Shown: positions 18,825-27,243 of the stretch, piece by piece
Layout: every line of letters begins with the position of its first letter
Position numbering within the stretch: the first letter of the stretch is position 1
NCBI GenBank assembly: GCA_031370005.1
Contig: JANMPT010000075.1
Location: forward strand, 1-64,000
From: Bdellovibrionales bacterium
GTDB taxonomy: Bacteria > Bdellovibrionota > Bdellovibrionia > Bdellovibrionales > Bdellovibrionaceae
Reading direction: 5' to 3'
DNA length: 64,000 nucleotides
The notes under the pieces: generated by a model
Seen by the model: the letters and a program-made list of their open reading frames with translations, nothing else
Databases searched by the model: none
Told to the model about the DNA's origin: nothing
Made by a program: the position numbers and the translations under genes

Positions 18825-20206
18825 TATTGCACCAATTCTCCTCTTAGAACTGCAGGAAAAGCCTTCGTGATTTTCACCGGCACCGTCTTGCCGATAAGAT
18901 CCTCGGAGCCCAGGAAGTGCACAAGCTTATTTTCTGGAGTGCGCCCTGATACTTTTTTTTCCGTTGATTCTGATTTCTCAACTAGCACCTCCAGTGTGAG
19001 TCCTTCGTAGCGTTTGACAAGCTCAAAGGCCATTTTTTTATGTGCATCAAAAAGTCGGTTCAATCGTTCATTTTTAATATCTTCAGAAACCTGGTCTTCA
19101 AACTTCGCGGCCTTGGTAAATGGACGTGGCGAGTAACTAAAGGCAAAAATGGTTTCAAATCCAACCTCATGCATTAAAGACATCGTATCAAGAAAATCAG
19201 ATTCCGTCTCCCCAGGAAATCCAACGATAATATCAGTTGATAACACGACGTTTGGAATCGCCTTTTTGATCATTTTGATTTTTTCTAGATACTCTTCTCG
19301 AGTATAACCTCGATTCATTCTATTTAGAATGCGACTATTTCCGCTTTGTACCGGCAAGTGGACATATTCACAAGCTTTTGGTTGGTTAGCAAACATCACA
19401 TCAGCTAATTTTTGATTAAAATCCTTCGGGTGAGACGTCGTGAAACGTACTCTTTCGATATCTGTCTCACAAGCGACTTTTTCAAGTAGGTCCGCAAAAT
19501 CTGCTCCGCACTCGCTGTGATATGAATTTACATTCTGACCAAGTAAAGTCACTTCTTTCGTTCCACGCTTAATCAAGGCACGAACGTCATTCAAAACATG
19601 GGCCAAGGGGCGACTTTTTTCACGACCACGAGTATAAGGCACAACACAGAAACTGCAAAAGTTATCACAACCTTTTGCTATATTAACGAAAGTTGAAACT
19701 CCAGGATTTCTCACCAAGGTTTCAACATGGTAAGGGGCTCGATGCTCTACCTTGGCATTCACAAGCTTTGCCTTATATGTCTGGTAAACCTGCGCTACGA
19801 GTTCTGGCAGAATATCGATGGTATCGGTACCAAAAACAAAATCGATCATTGGTTCGCGCTTAATTAGATTTTCCTTTTCCTGCTGCCCCACACAACCACC
19901 TACGCCAATACGCAGATCAGGATTTTTCTCTTTCAATTTACGATATGTACCGACCTCAGAGTAAACCTTGTGAACGGGTTTCTCTCGAATACTACAAGCA
20001 TTGATAATGATAACTGAAGCCTCTTCAGCGCTTTGCACCGGAGTAAAGTTCGCCATCTCTAAAAGACTGTACATACGTTCAGTGTCATTTACATTCATTT
20101 GGCAACCATAGGTAGAAATGAAAACACCACGCCCTTTTCCGATATCCTGGTTTTGTGTTTCTTCCATCTTAAGGCTTCCTGCTTCCTGAATTTCACATTG
20201 TGTCAT
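18824..20206 (-). CDS. miaB: tRNA-2-methylthio-N6-dimethylallyladenosine synthase
   Basis: TYGCQMN, CSIRE, GCDNFCSFCVVP radical SAM motif, C-terminal TRAM domain; start may be 20167. Confidence 0.96.
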   Translation of the reverse strand: MTQCEIQEAGSLKMEETQNQDIGKGRGVFISTYGCQMNVNDTERMYSLLEMANFTPVQSAEEASVIIINACSIREKPVHKVYSEVGTYRKLKEKNPDLRIGVGGCVGQQEKENLIKREPMIDFVFGTDTIDILPELVAQVYQTYKAKLVNAKVEHRAPYHVETLVRNPGVSTFVNIAKGCDNFCSFCVVPYTRGREKSRPLAHVLNDVRALIKRGTKEVTLLGQNVNSYHSECGADFADLLEKVACETDIERVRFTTSHPKDFNQKLADVMFANQPKACEYVHLPVQSGNSRILNRMNRGYTREEYLEKIKMIKKAIPNVVLSTDIIVGFPGETESDFLDTMSLMHEVGFETIFAFSYSPRPFTKAAKFEDQVSEDIKNERLNRLFDAHKKMAFELVKRYEGLTLEVLVEKSESTEKKVSGRTPENKLVHFLGSEDLIGKTVPVKITKAFPAVLRGELVQ

Positions 20207-20246
20207 TAACGCTTTTGAGTTATAGAGGATCGCTAGGAGAAAATCA

Positions 20247-20822
20247 ATGCAAGCACGGCTTAAAACCTCAAAAAAGTGGACAGCATTTCCTAAGGAATAT
20301 GTAGATCAAATCCAGTCGGTCTTTCGCGAAAATTTTTCTCAGCAACTAGCTGGCAACAGTCTCCTCGTAGAAGGCCATATTTATCCCTCCGAAGTTATGC
20401 TCCGCGTTGGAATTAAAGAAAAGGGCCGCCTACGCCAAGCAAACTTTGAGGTCTCCATGGACTACGACACAAAGAAAAAGGATGCTGTGGAGCGTATACA
20501 CAACTGCATCGATGCTGCGGCCTCCATGATGATGGACTATTTTGAGTCCAAGGATGATGCTGAACTCCCAAGAGCATGGCAAGAATACCCATTCCAAGGA
20601 GAAATCTTATTTCTTAAATTTAGCACTGAAAACTCAGACCTCGAAGCTCAAGCAAACGCCTTGTTAGGCGAAACTGCGGACTCTCTTGTCCTTGAAGAAG
20701 AAGGTGAAGATGCATTGGCTCGAGCAGAGGTTGATTCAACTCTTACTGATGATTCTGAAAAAATCTCTGGACCAAAAATGTTCGGCGCAAGAAAAAATAA
20801 AAAAAAAGGCGAGCTCATGTAG
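20247..20822 (+). CDS. Hypothetical protein
   Basis: 191 aa ORF with AGGAG RBS; no recognised domain. Confidence 0.7.
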   Translation: MQARLKTSKKWTAFPKEYVDQIQSVFRENFSQQLAGNSLLVEGHIYPSEVMLRVGIKEKGRLRQANFEVSMDYDTKKKDAVERIHNCIDAAASMMMDYFESKDDAELPRAWQEYPFQGEILFLKFSTENSDLEAQANALLGETADSLVLEEEGEDALARAEVDSTLTDDSEKISGPKMFGARKNKKKGELM

Positions 20823-20862
20823 CTCGCAAAGAAACTCACTTAATACCATGATTTTCCTAATC

Positions 20863-21240
20863 TTAATTAGCTGGGTAACAAGAATTATTGGAGTAACCAT
20901 ATTTTCTGCCATATTGAGCGCAGTATGGTTGGCACACGCCGACCGTTAATACCCCGATCTGAGTATTCACAGTATCCGTTGCCAAACAAGCTGTCGCAGT
21001 CCCTGTCACGGTTGCTGTTGATGCCGCTGGATAACAAGAGCCATTTAAATAACCAAAGTTGGTTCCACAGGCAGTGGATTGCGGCAAACAGCCTTGAGTG
21101 GTGTAGACATAACCAGCCGTTGCACAAGAACCCGTGGTCACCACTGGAGTATCAGGTGATGAGCTGCTGCCCTTGCTACAATTCACTAGAAACAACGAAG
21201 AAGACAAAACCAGCATAAGTGTTAAAAGATTGTTTTTCAT
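20863..21240 (-). CDS. Small Cys-rich lipoprotein with an internal repeat
   Basis: Lipobox LVNC; two modules ending GY.N.SCYPA. Confidence 0.7.
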   Translation of the reverse strand: MKNNLLTLMLVLSSSLFLVNCSKGSSSSPDTPVVTTGSCATAGYVYTTQGCLPQSTACGTNFGYLNGSCYPAASTATVTGTATACLATDTVNTQIGVLTVGVCQPYCAQYGRKYGYSNNSCYPAN

Positions 21241-21527
21241 ATATAACCCCTTGTTAAAATTTAATACTCATACTTAGGGTCAATACAAAAACTGTGCAAA
21301 GCCTGACAATGCGGCAGCAAATATAGGACATTTGGAACGCCTCAGACTGAGACGGTGCCGAAAACCGCTGACACTACTGCCAAGTGAAGATTTTCCTACT
21401 TAGGCCTCAGGAGTAATCCTGAACCCGTAGTCGATAAACCCAGCGGTTGAATCTATCTAAGTACTCTTGCCAAGCCGAATAGCCCTTAAGTTGCATCTCT
21501 TCAAAAAAGCTTTCTTGATCAAGGATC

Positions 21528-22121
21528 TTAATGCTGCGAATCGCTTTCAGTTTTATTGAGATCCAGTTTTTTAAGCTGATCTCGAAATTTATCTAAGAAC
21601 TCTTTCCAATCTGAGCTTCGTTCTTTTCGAGCTAAAACTTCACCATTTGCCGACAGCAAGTATAAGCTAGTTGAGTGAGTGAAATCTCCATCACCTATAT
21701 CTTTATAACTAAAGCCCAAAACAGCGGCCATCTCGCGCACTTGATCTTTGTCAGAGGTTAACAATAGCCAACGCTGATCAAGTCGCATTTTTTTATAAAA
21801 CTTTTTCAAAGCCTCTGGGGTGTCGCGTGCAGGATCAATAGAAAAAGTAACGTATTTGATTTTTTTTCTTTCAATTTTGGTTAACAAAGAATCAAAAGAC
21901 TTAATATCAGAAATCATTAGCGGACAGGCCCCTGGACAACTCGTAAAAGTCATAGTGACTATAGCTGGAAGGCCAGCGAGATCCTTTAAATTTAAAGGTT
22001 TGTTACCTTGTGTTGTCCAAGTTTGCTCAAGTTGATATATGGATTTTGGTGAAATTTCATTTTTTTCTTCTGAATATGAAATACTTGGAAAGATTGCCAG
22101 AAATATAATTAAAAATTTCAT
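21528..22121 (-). CDS. SCO1/SenC copper chaperone
   Basis: FTSCPGACP, SIDPARDTP, conserved His in THS. Confidence 0.92.
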   Translation of the reverse strand: MKFLIIFLAIFPSISYSEEKNEISPKSIYQLEQTWTTQGNKPLNLKDLAGLPAIVTMTFTSCPGACPLMISDIKSFDSLLTKIERKKIKYVTFSIDPARDTPEALKKFYKKMRLDQRWLLLTSDKDQVREMAAVLGFSYKDIGDGDFTHSTSLYLLSANGEVLARKERSSDWKEFLDKFRDQLKKLDLNKTESDSQH

Positions 22122-22888
22122 TTGGAACCCTCTATTTTTAAATCACTAACACATCTAAAACCCAGGTTTCGCATGCAATAATCTCCCTTGAGACCACTAC
22201 GAAATCCATATCTCATAAATGTGGCGTAAGACTTGGAATCCAAAGAACTCACTGAGCCACCACCACAAAAAAATCCATCCGTCCGATCCCCTTTAGACCT
22301 TGAATCAGAAGATATCATTACCGAACTAAAATCCTCAACCCATTCCCAGATTAACCCATGCATATCGTACACACCAAATTTATTTGGTTTTTTAGAACCA
22401 ATATTTTCAATCGGTTGATTGCCAGTTTTGGCATACCAACTCAATAACTCTTTTAAGATATCGGGGTTGGTTGAGTCGGAAGCGTATTCCCATTCAGCGA
22501 TTGTGGGCAACCTTTTGCCAACTGAAAGACAATATTTCCTGGCGACAAACCAAGATACATAAGTGACTGGCTTCAATCCAATGTCTTTTTTTTCATCTTC
22601 AGATAGTGTTTCTTGCTTCCAGTCTTGCAGATAACGTTGATCAACATATAGCGATATTATTTTACTTTTTCGTAGCTTTTGATTTTTCGAAAGAAATTCA
22701 CTGAACTCCGAATTTGTAACTGGATATTTATCTATATAAAAAGAATCAACCTTTACATCTCTGTCCTTTAATTCCTTAAAAAAGGGCTTAAAATTTCCTG
22801 CAGGAATTAAAACTTGATCTGTGTTCAAGGTGCTAGCCCAAGTCAGGCTAAAAAAAATAAGTAGAATTAGGCTAGCAAAAATTTTCAT
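22118..22888 (-). CDS. nirV: Formylglycine-generating-enzyme family protein (NirV-like)
   Basis: KRLPTIAEWEYA, PNKFGVYDMHGLIWEWV, LGFRC; directly downstream of nirK. Confidence 0.85.
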   Translation of the reverse strand: MKIFASLILLIFFSLTWASTLNTDQVLIPAGNFKPFFKELKDRDVKVDSFYIDKYPVTNSEFSEFLSKNQKLRKSKIISLYVDQRYLQDWKQETLSEDEKKDIGLKPVTYVSWFVARKYCLSVGKRLPTIAEWEYASDSTNPDILKELLSWYAKTGNQPIENIGSKKPNKFGVYDMHGLIWEWVEDFSSVMISSDSRSKGDRTDGFFCGGGSVSSLDSKSYATFMRYGFRSGLKGDYCMRNLGFRCVSDLKIEGSK

Positions 22889-22891
22889 AAA

Positions 22892-24316
22892 TTATTTATT
22901 TCGCACGGACTTAACCTCTGATGTTGTAACCTCATCGGATTTATTACCCCATGAATTACGTATAAATGTAAGCACATTGGCAACATCTTCATCGTCTAAT
23001 CCTAAAGCGGGCATTACGCCATTGTACTCCGCTCCGTTGATTATAAGCTTTCCCTGTAAACCGTTTATTACTGTGCTTATTGCGCGATTTTTATCTGCCA
23101 TTAAATAATCAGATTTTGCAAGCGGAGGAAAAGCCCCCTTTAATCCTGTGCCATCAACTTGGTGACAAGCAGCGCAGTTTTGTGCAAAAACTATTTTACC
23201 AGCAGTCATTCTCTCTTCTAGGTTTTTAGCAAAAATTTTCTGCGTAGCCTTCCCATTAGGCATCGTCTGAGTGGCGCCACCTTCCGGCAAGTACACAGTA
23301 TCGGATTGCTTACCCGTATAAATCATTGGATTCTTGTCCCCTTCGACTTTTAACATCCCTAAGGCTCCTTTATTAAAGGCCCTAAAGATCGCGTGATCTA
23401 CTAAAATATAGGTGGAAGGAATATCGATCTTGAATTCAACAATAGCAGAACCACCCGGCGGAACCACCGTCGTCTGGACATTTTCCTGAGCAAGTTTGGT
23501 TCCTCCCTCGGTGTATACCTTGTCAAAAATTTCTCCGATCACATGAAAGTTTGAGGCCAGATTAGGTCCACCAGTGCCGAAGAAAATTCGAACTTTATCT
23601 CCAACATTTGCTTTAATTGAATTGTCCCCGGTTAAAGCACCGACACTGCCATTAAACACTACGTAATCAGGTTGCTCTTTAATTGCTTTCTCCATATCAA
23701 ATGGCTGAAGTCCCTTGTCACCATACTTTCCTTTAGTATAGAAATCTGATTGGACAACGTAAAACTCTTTATCAACTTTTGGCAAAGGATGTTCTGGTTC
23801 AACGTAAATTAAGCCGTACATGCCATTTGCAATGTGCATACCGACTGGGGCCGTTGCACAATGATAAACAAAAAGCCCAGGATTAAGGGCTCTAAAAGAA
23901 AATCTAGAGCTGTGTCCGGGGATTGTCATAGAGCCCTCTGCTCCACCGCCTTGGCCCGTGACTGCATGTAAATCAATATTGTGAGGCATTTTATTTGAAG
24001 GATGATTGTGAAGGTTAAACTCTACGTAATCGCCTACGCGAATACGCATCATTGGTCCTGGAACAGTTCCACCAAATGTCCAAAAATTATATTCAACTCC
24101 ATCAGCAAGACGACCAGTTATCTCTTTTGTTTCTAAGTTTATTTTCACCCGTGCTGGTGTTTTTCTTTTAATAGGTGGGGGCACGTTCGGCGCAGTGGTA
24201 AGAATCGCAGTCTCTTCAGGAAAATTTTTGGGGTCCGCATATTTAGATTTTGCAAGCGATAAACTTGATACAACTAGTAAACAAGCTGTCAGGAGATATT
24301 TTTTCACGACAAGCAC
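22892..24316 (-). CDS. nirK: Copper-containing nitrite reductase with C-terminal cytochrome c domain
   Basis: PHNIDLHAV, YHCATAPVGMHIANGM, FHVIGE and VDHA Cu-ligand motifs; C-terminal CAACH plus Met ligand. Confidence 0.96.
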   Translation of the reverse strand: MLVVKKYLLTACLLVVSSLSLAKSKYADPKNFPEETAILTTAPNVPPPIKRKTPARVKINLETKEITGRLADGVEYNFWTFGGTVPGPMMRIRVGDYVEFNLHNHPSNKMPHNIDLHAVTGQGGGAEGSMTIPGHSSRFSFRALNPGLFVYHCATAPVGMHIANGMYGLIYVEPEHPLPKVDKEFYVVQSDFYTKGKYGDKGLQPFDMEKAIKEQPDYVVFNGSVGALTGDNSIKANVGDKVRIFFGTGGPNLASNFHVIGEIFDKVYTEGGTKLAQENVQTTVVPPGGSAIVEFKIDIPSTYILVDHAIFRAFNKGALGMLKVEGDKNPMIYTGKQSDTVYLPEGGATQTMPNGKATQKIFAKNLEERMTAGKIVFAQNCAACHQVDGTGLKGAFPPLAKSDYLMADKNRAISTVINGLQGKLIINGAEYNGVMPALGLDDEDVANVLTFIRNSWGNKSDEVTTSEVKSVRNK

Positions 24317-24322
24317 CTTTCT

Positions 24323-24679
24323 TTAAGTTTTTTTAGCCCATGAATTGCAATAGGCATCGGCCGGTACGAATTTGTTAGGAAAGATGGCACAGGTGCCCGC
24401 TGCTTTGCCGTTCTTGTTTTCTGATTTCATAAAAAGTGAACAAGTAGCGCATTTGTTGCCCGCGGCTTTTGGTGATTTTTTTGAGTCCTCGACATATCCA
24501 ACTGCCTTTGCTGTTCCATCATTTGGATCCACCATTTCCGACCCAGCATTGCCAGACTTCTTTCGGCGGCTCTCTTCGGCAAAAGCAGTATTGCCAGTAA
24601 ATGCCGAAATTAAAGCTGGCGCAGCTATTACCAATCCAGAAATTCTGGCCATATTCTTAAAAAAATCTCTTCTTTTCAT
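24323..24679 (-). CDS. High-potential iron-sulfur protein (HiPIP), Tat-exported
   Basis: KRRDFFK Tat signal; A.AVGY...CATC..F...C.IF...V...YCNSW. Confidence 0.9.
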   Translation of the reverse strand: MKRRDFFKNMARISGLVIAAPALISAFTGNTAFAEESRRKKSGNAGSEMVDPNDGTAKAVGYVEDSKKSPKAAGNKCATCSLFMKSENKNGKAAGTCAIFPNKFVPADAYCNSWAKKT

Positions 24680-24715
24680 GTGAACTCCAACGCTTAGTGA
24701 TTACGATCTTTTTCC

Positions 24716-24757
24716 ATTCTAATTAAATTTTAAGGGCACGGGTATGATTCAAATCAT
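24716..24757 (-). promoter_or_regulatory. FNR/DNR-activated class II promoter of HiPIP-nirK-nirV-sco
   Basis: ATGAT-tcaa-ATCAT box (24744-24757); minus-strand -10 TAGAAT (24721-24716) places the box centre at about -41.5. Confidence 0.75.
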
Positions 24758-24896
24758 GTTTTATATCTATAAAACCTAGTGATTGCTCTTAATGATAATG
24801 ATATGAAAAATACATTGCGCGAGGAGTTAAAAACCAAGACCCTAAGGGGGAATAAGCTATAAGTTGAAAGCCATTCGACGAAGATATATAAAAAAT

Positions 24897-24910
24897 ATGA
24901 TCCTAATCAA
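24897..24910 (+). promoter_or_regulatory. FNR/DNR box just upstream of the dnr-like gene (possible autoregulation)
   Basis: ATGAT-ccta-ATCAA, 17 nt before the GTG start. Confidence 0.6.
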
Positions 24911-24927
24911 GAAAGGGACAATTTCAA

Positions 24928-25587
24928 GTGCTTAAACCGCAAGCTCCTAGACCAACTGAGTTCTGTCCTATCTGTTCGAGTCACGAGGAAAAAGTGACAG
25001 ATCAAATTCTACAAATTATTCAAAAAAAAAATTATGCAAAAAACTGCATCATTTTTGAACAAGAGCAGGAAGCTGCTGGTGTCTATCTCATTCAAAAAGG
25101 GAGTGTAAAAATATCTCGTTTTTCCCCTGCTGGTAAGGAAATTCTATTTGAAATTCTTGGCGTTGGAAAAACCTTTGGCGAAAGCGGCCTATTTGGCCAG
25201 GGTCGTCACGCAGACACTGCCACCGCAAGTGAAAATTGTGAACTTTTTATTCTTCCAAAAAATGAGTTTAAAAAAACGTTATCCTCTCACCCTGAACTCT
25301 ATCACTCTGTGATTCACTCGCTTTGTGAGTGGATGGACCGACTCAGTAGCATTATTGAAAATATAAATACCCCCTCCGCCAGGGAACGGGTGTCCTCTTA
25401 TCTTAAAAAAATCCAACAAGACCAGCATAATGCCCTTGTAAATTTGACTGGAAAAAAGCATGAAGTTGCAATGATGCTGGGACTCAGGCCGGAGACCTTT
25501 TCAAGGGCTCTGGCTGAACTAGAAACAGAAGGAATCATTAAAATGAATCACAAGCAAATTCAAGTCCTCCATCCCACAAAACTGTGA
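24928..25587 (+). CDS. Crp/Fnr-family regulator, DNR-like
   Basis: cNMP-binding fold (GKTFGE); recognition helix LGLRPETFSR as in DNR; lacks the full FNR N-terminal Cys cluster. Confidence 0.88.
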   Translation: MLKPQAPRPTEFCPICSSHEEKVTDQILQIIQKKNYAKNCIIFEQEQEAAGVYLIQKGSVKISRFSPAGKEILFEILGVGKTFGESGLFGQGRHADTATASENCELFILPKNEFKKTLSSHPELYHSVIHSLCEWMDRLSSIIENINTPSARERVSSYLKKIQQDQHNALVNLTGKKHEVAMMLGLRPETFSRALAELETEGIIKMNHKQIQVLHPTKL

Positions 25588-25594
25588 ACCAATT

Positions 25595-26731
25595 CTAATC
25601 TTTCGCGTACTTTAAAAAAAACATTTTTGGAAGATAGACCCAGCCCCAGATCAACAAACCCAAAATCCATGCCCATGAGGCATATACCAAGTGTGATTGA
25701 TAGATTGCCACAGAGAACCCAGCGGAGAATCGAGTTATAGCCGCAAATATAACTAATAAAGCCCCAGCAAAAATGGCTTTGGAGCTCTTCTCAAGAGCCA
25801 AGCCGTGGCCTCCATGGGCAAGACTTACACGAGTTGCGATCATCAAAGTCATAAGCCCAAGACCGGAAATAAAAACCAAGTGCAGAAAGTGAATTCGATA
25901 GGCAGGCCACAAGGTAGCGCCCCACTGCCCCACCAGCAATGACCAAGCAGAAAGCCATAACCAAAATGGCTGGTGCCCCTTGCGTGTCGGAAGCAAGTGA
26001 ATTTTCCAAAATCGAAAAATCATAAAACTCATCAGAAATGATCTTAAAAAATTTCCCACAATACTACTGAAAAATACTTCTAAAACATAAGTTAGTACAA
26101 ATAAAAATGCGAGCACTGAAAATAAGCCCAAGCGCGGTGTTGACGTATTAGCTTCATTTGGAAGGGCGCCACGACCTAAAAGGGCGGGGACTAGTCGACT
26201 TCCAACCCCCAGCACTAAAGCCAAAATATAAGCTTGAAGAAAAAATAAACGACCTAAATGCAACCACGAATCCTGAATCCAACCAAAATCACCGAAAATC
26301 AAAAGCAATACGCCGGTGATAGCACTGCCCATACCTACTCCCACAAACACAAATGCATCTGGTGGCGACTGAGTTCGTCGCAAAAAACGCCGCAAAAAAA
26401 ATGCAGCTAAGAACAACAAGAGTAACAGGACTGCAAAATGGAAAATTATAACTCTTCCGAGCAAGGCGCTGATAAAAAGACTTATCAGTAATGTTGCCGA
26501 TATCCAGATGTCCTTAATAGTGGGCGGGAAACTGGCTGTGAATTTGGGGGCCGCAGTCATTAAAAATCCACAAACGAAGCAAAGAAAAAACCCTCCCATC
26601 ATAATTTGTGGATGAAAAAACCCCGGGTAGCTAAGCACGTTGAACGAAAATAAAATCCAAAGTAGAACACCCCAGAGTCCTAACAACCATCCTACAGGAA
26701 AAAAATACCGATAAGCGTCTATTGTTTTCAT
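25595..26731 (-). CDS. nnrS: NnrS family membrane protein (NO response)
   Basis: YRYFFP, H..IMMGGF....CGFLMTA.P.F, IATRVSLAHGG; polytopic. Confidence 0.88.
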   Translation of the reverse strand: MKTIDAYRYFFPVGWLLGLWGVLLWILFSFNVLSYPGFFHPQIMMGGFFLCFVCGFLMTAAPKFTASFPPTIKDIWISATLLISLFISALLGRVIIFHFAVLLLLLFLAAFFLRRFLRRTQSPPDAFVFVGVGMGSAITGVLLLIFGDFGWIQDSWLHLGRLFFLQAYILALVLGVGSRLVPALLGRGALPNEANTSTPRLGLFSVLAFLFVLTYVLEVFFSSIVGNFLRSFLMSFMIFRFWKIHLLPTRKGHQPFWLWLSAWSLLVGQWGATLWPAYRIHFLHLVFISGLGLMTLMIATRVSLAHGGHGLALEKSSKAIFAGALLVIFAAITRFSAGFSVAIYQSHLVYASWAWILGLLIWGWVYLPKMFFLKYAKD

Positions 26732-26752
26732 AAACTGTCCTTTGTCACTTTC

Positions 26753-26794
26753 AATCTATACTCGTTCAGGCTTCCAGAGATTGATCTGAATCAT
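26753..26794 (-). promoter_or_regulatory. FNR/DNR-activated class II promoter of nnrS
   Basis: TTGAT-ctga-ATCAT (26781-26794); minus-strand -10 TAGATT (26758-26753) at about -41.5 spacing. Confidence 0.75.
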
Positions 26795-26871
26795 AATTTC
26801 TGCTATTTTTTGTTCAATATATCCAACTCCAGATGATAAACTTAAACTTTAGTGAGTTGGAGAAATTCTGT

Positions 26872-27243
26872 ATGGGCAAACGTCAAAAAGAACTGATTTA
26901 CTCATGTTCAGGCTGCTCAAGTGCCGCGCAAACCGCAAACGCTGTGGCTGTTCGGTTAGACCGGGCCGGAATCGCCGAAATGTCCTGTATCGCCGGTGTT
27001 GGTGGAAATGTTCTCCCACTGGTTCGGATTGCAAAATCTGGACGTAAAATTAACGTGATTGATGGCTGCCCCCTAGCGTGCGCTAAAAATTGTCTAAAAA
27101 GACACGGCATTATCCCAGACCGCCATCACGACCTCTCCACTTTTGGAGTCAAAAAAATTCAACACGGCGATTCCCAACCAGAACAGGTCGAGGAAATTTT
27201 TCAACTCATTAAGGATGAAATAGAAAGAGCAGGGCGCTCATGA
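26872..27243 (+). CDS. DGC-domain putative zinc-binding protein
   Basis: YSCSGCS, MSCIAGVGG, IDGCPLAC; start at MGKRQ after GGAG. Confidence 0.88.
   Translation: MGKRQKELIYSCSGCSSAAQTANAVAVRLDRAGIAEMSCIAGVGGNVLPLVRIAKSGRKINVIDGCPLACAKNCLKRHGIIPDRHHDLSTFGVKKIQHGDSQPEQVEEIFQLIKDEIERAGRS

Noticed and set aside
21284..21299. sigma54-like TTGCAC-agttt-TTGT upstream of the Cys-rich lipoprotein
   Set aside because: Both invariant GG and GC dinucleotides are altered
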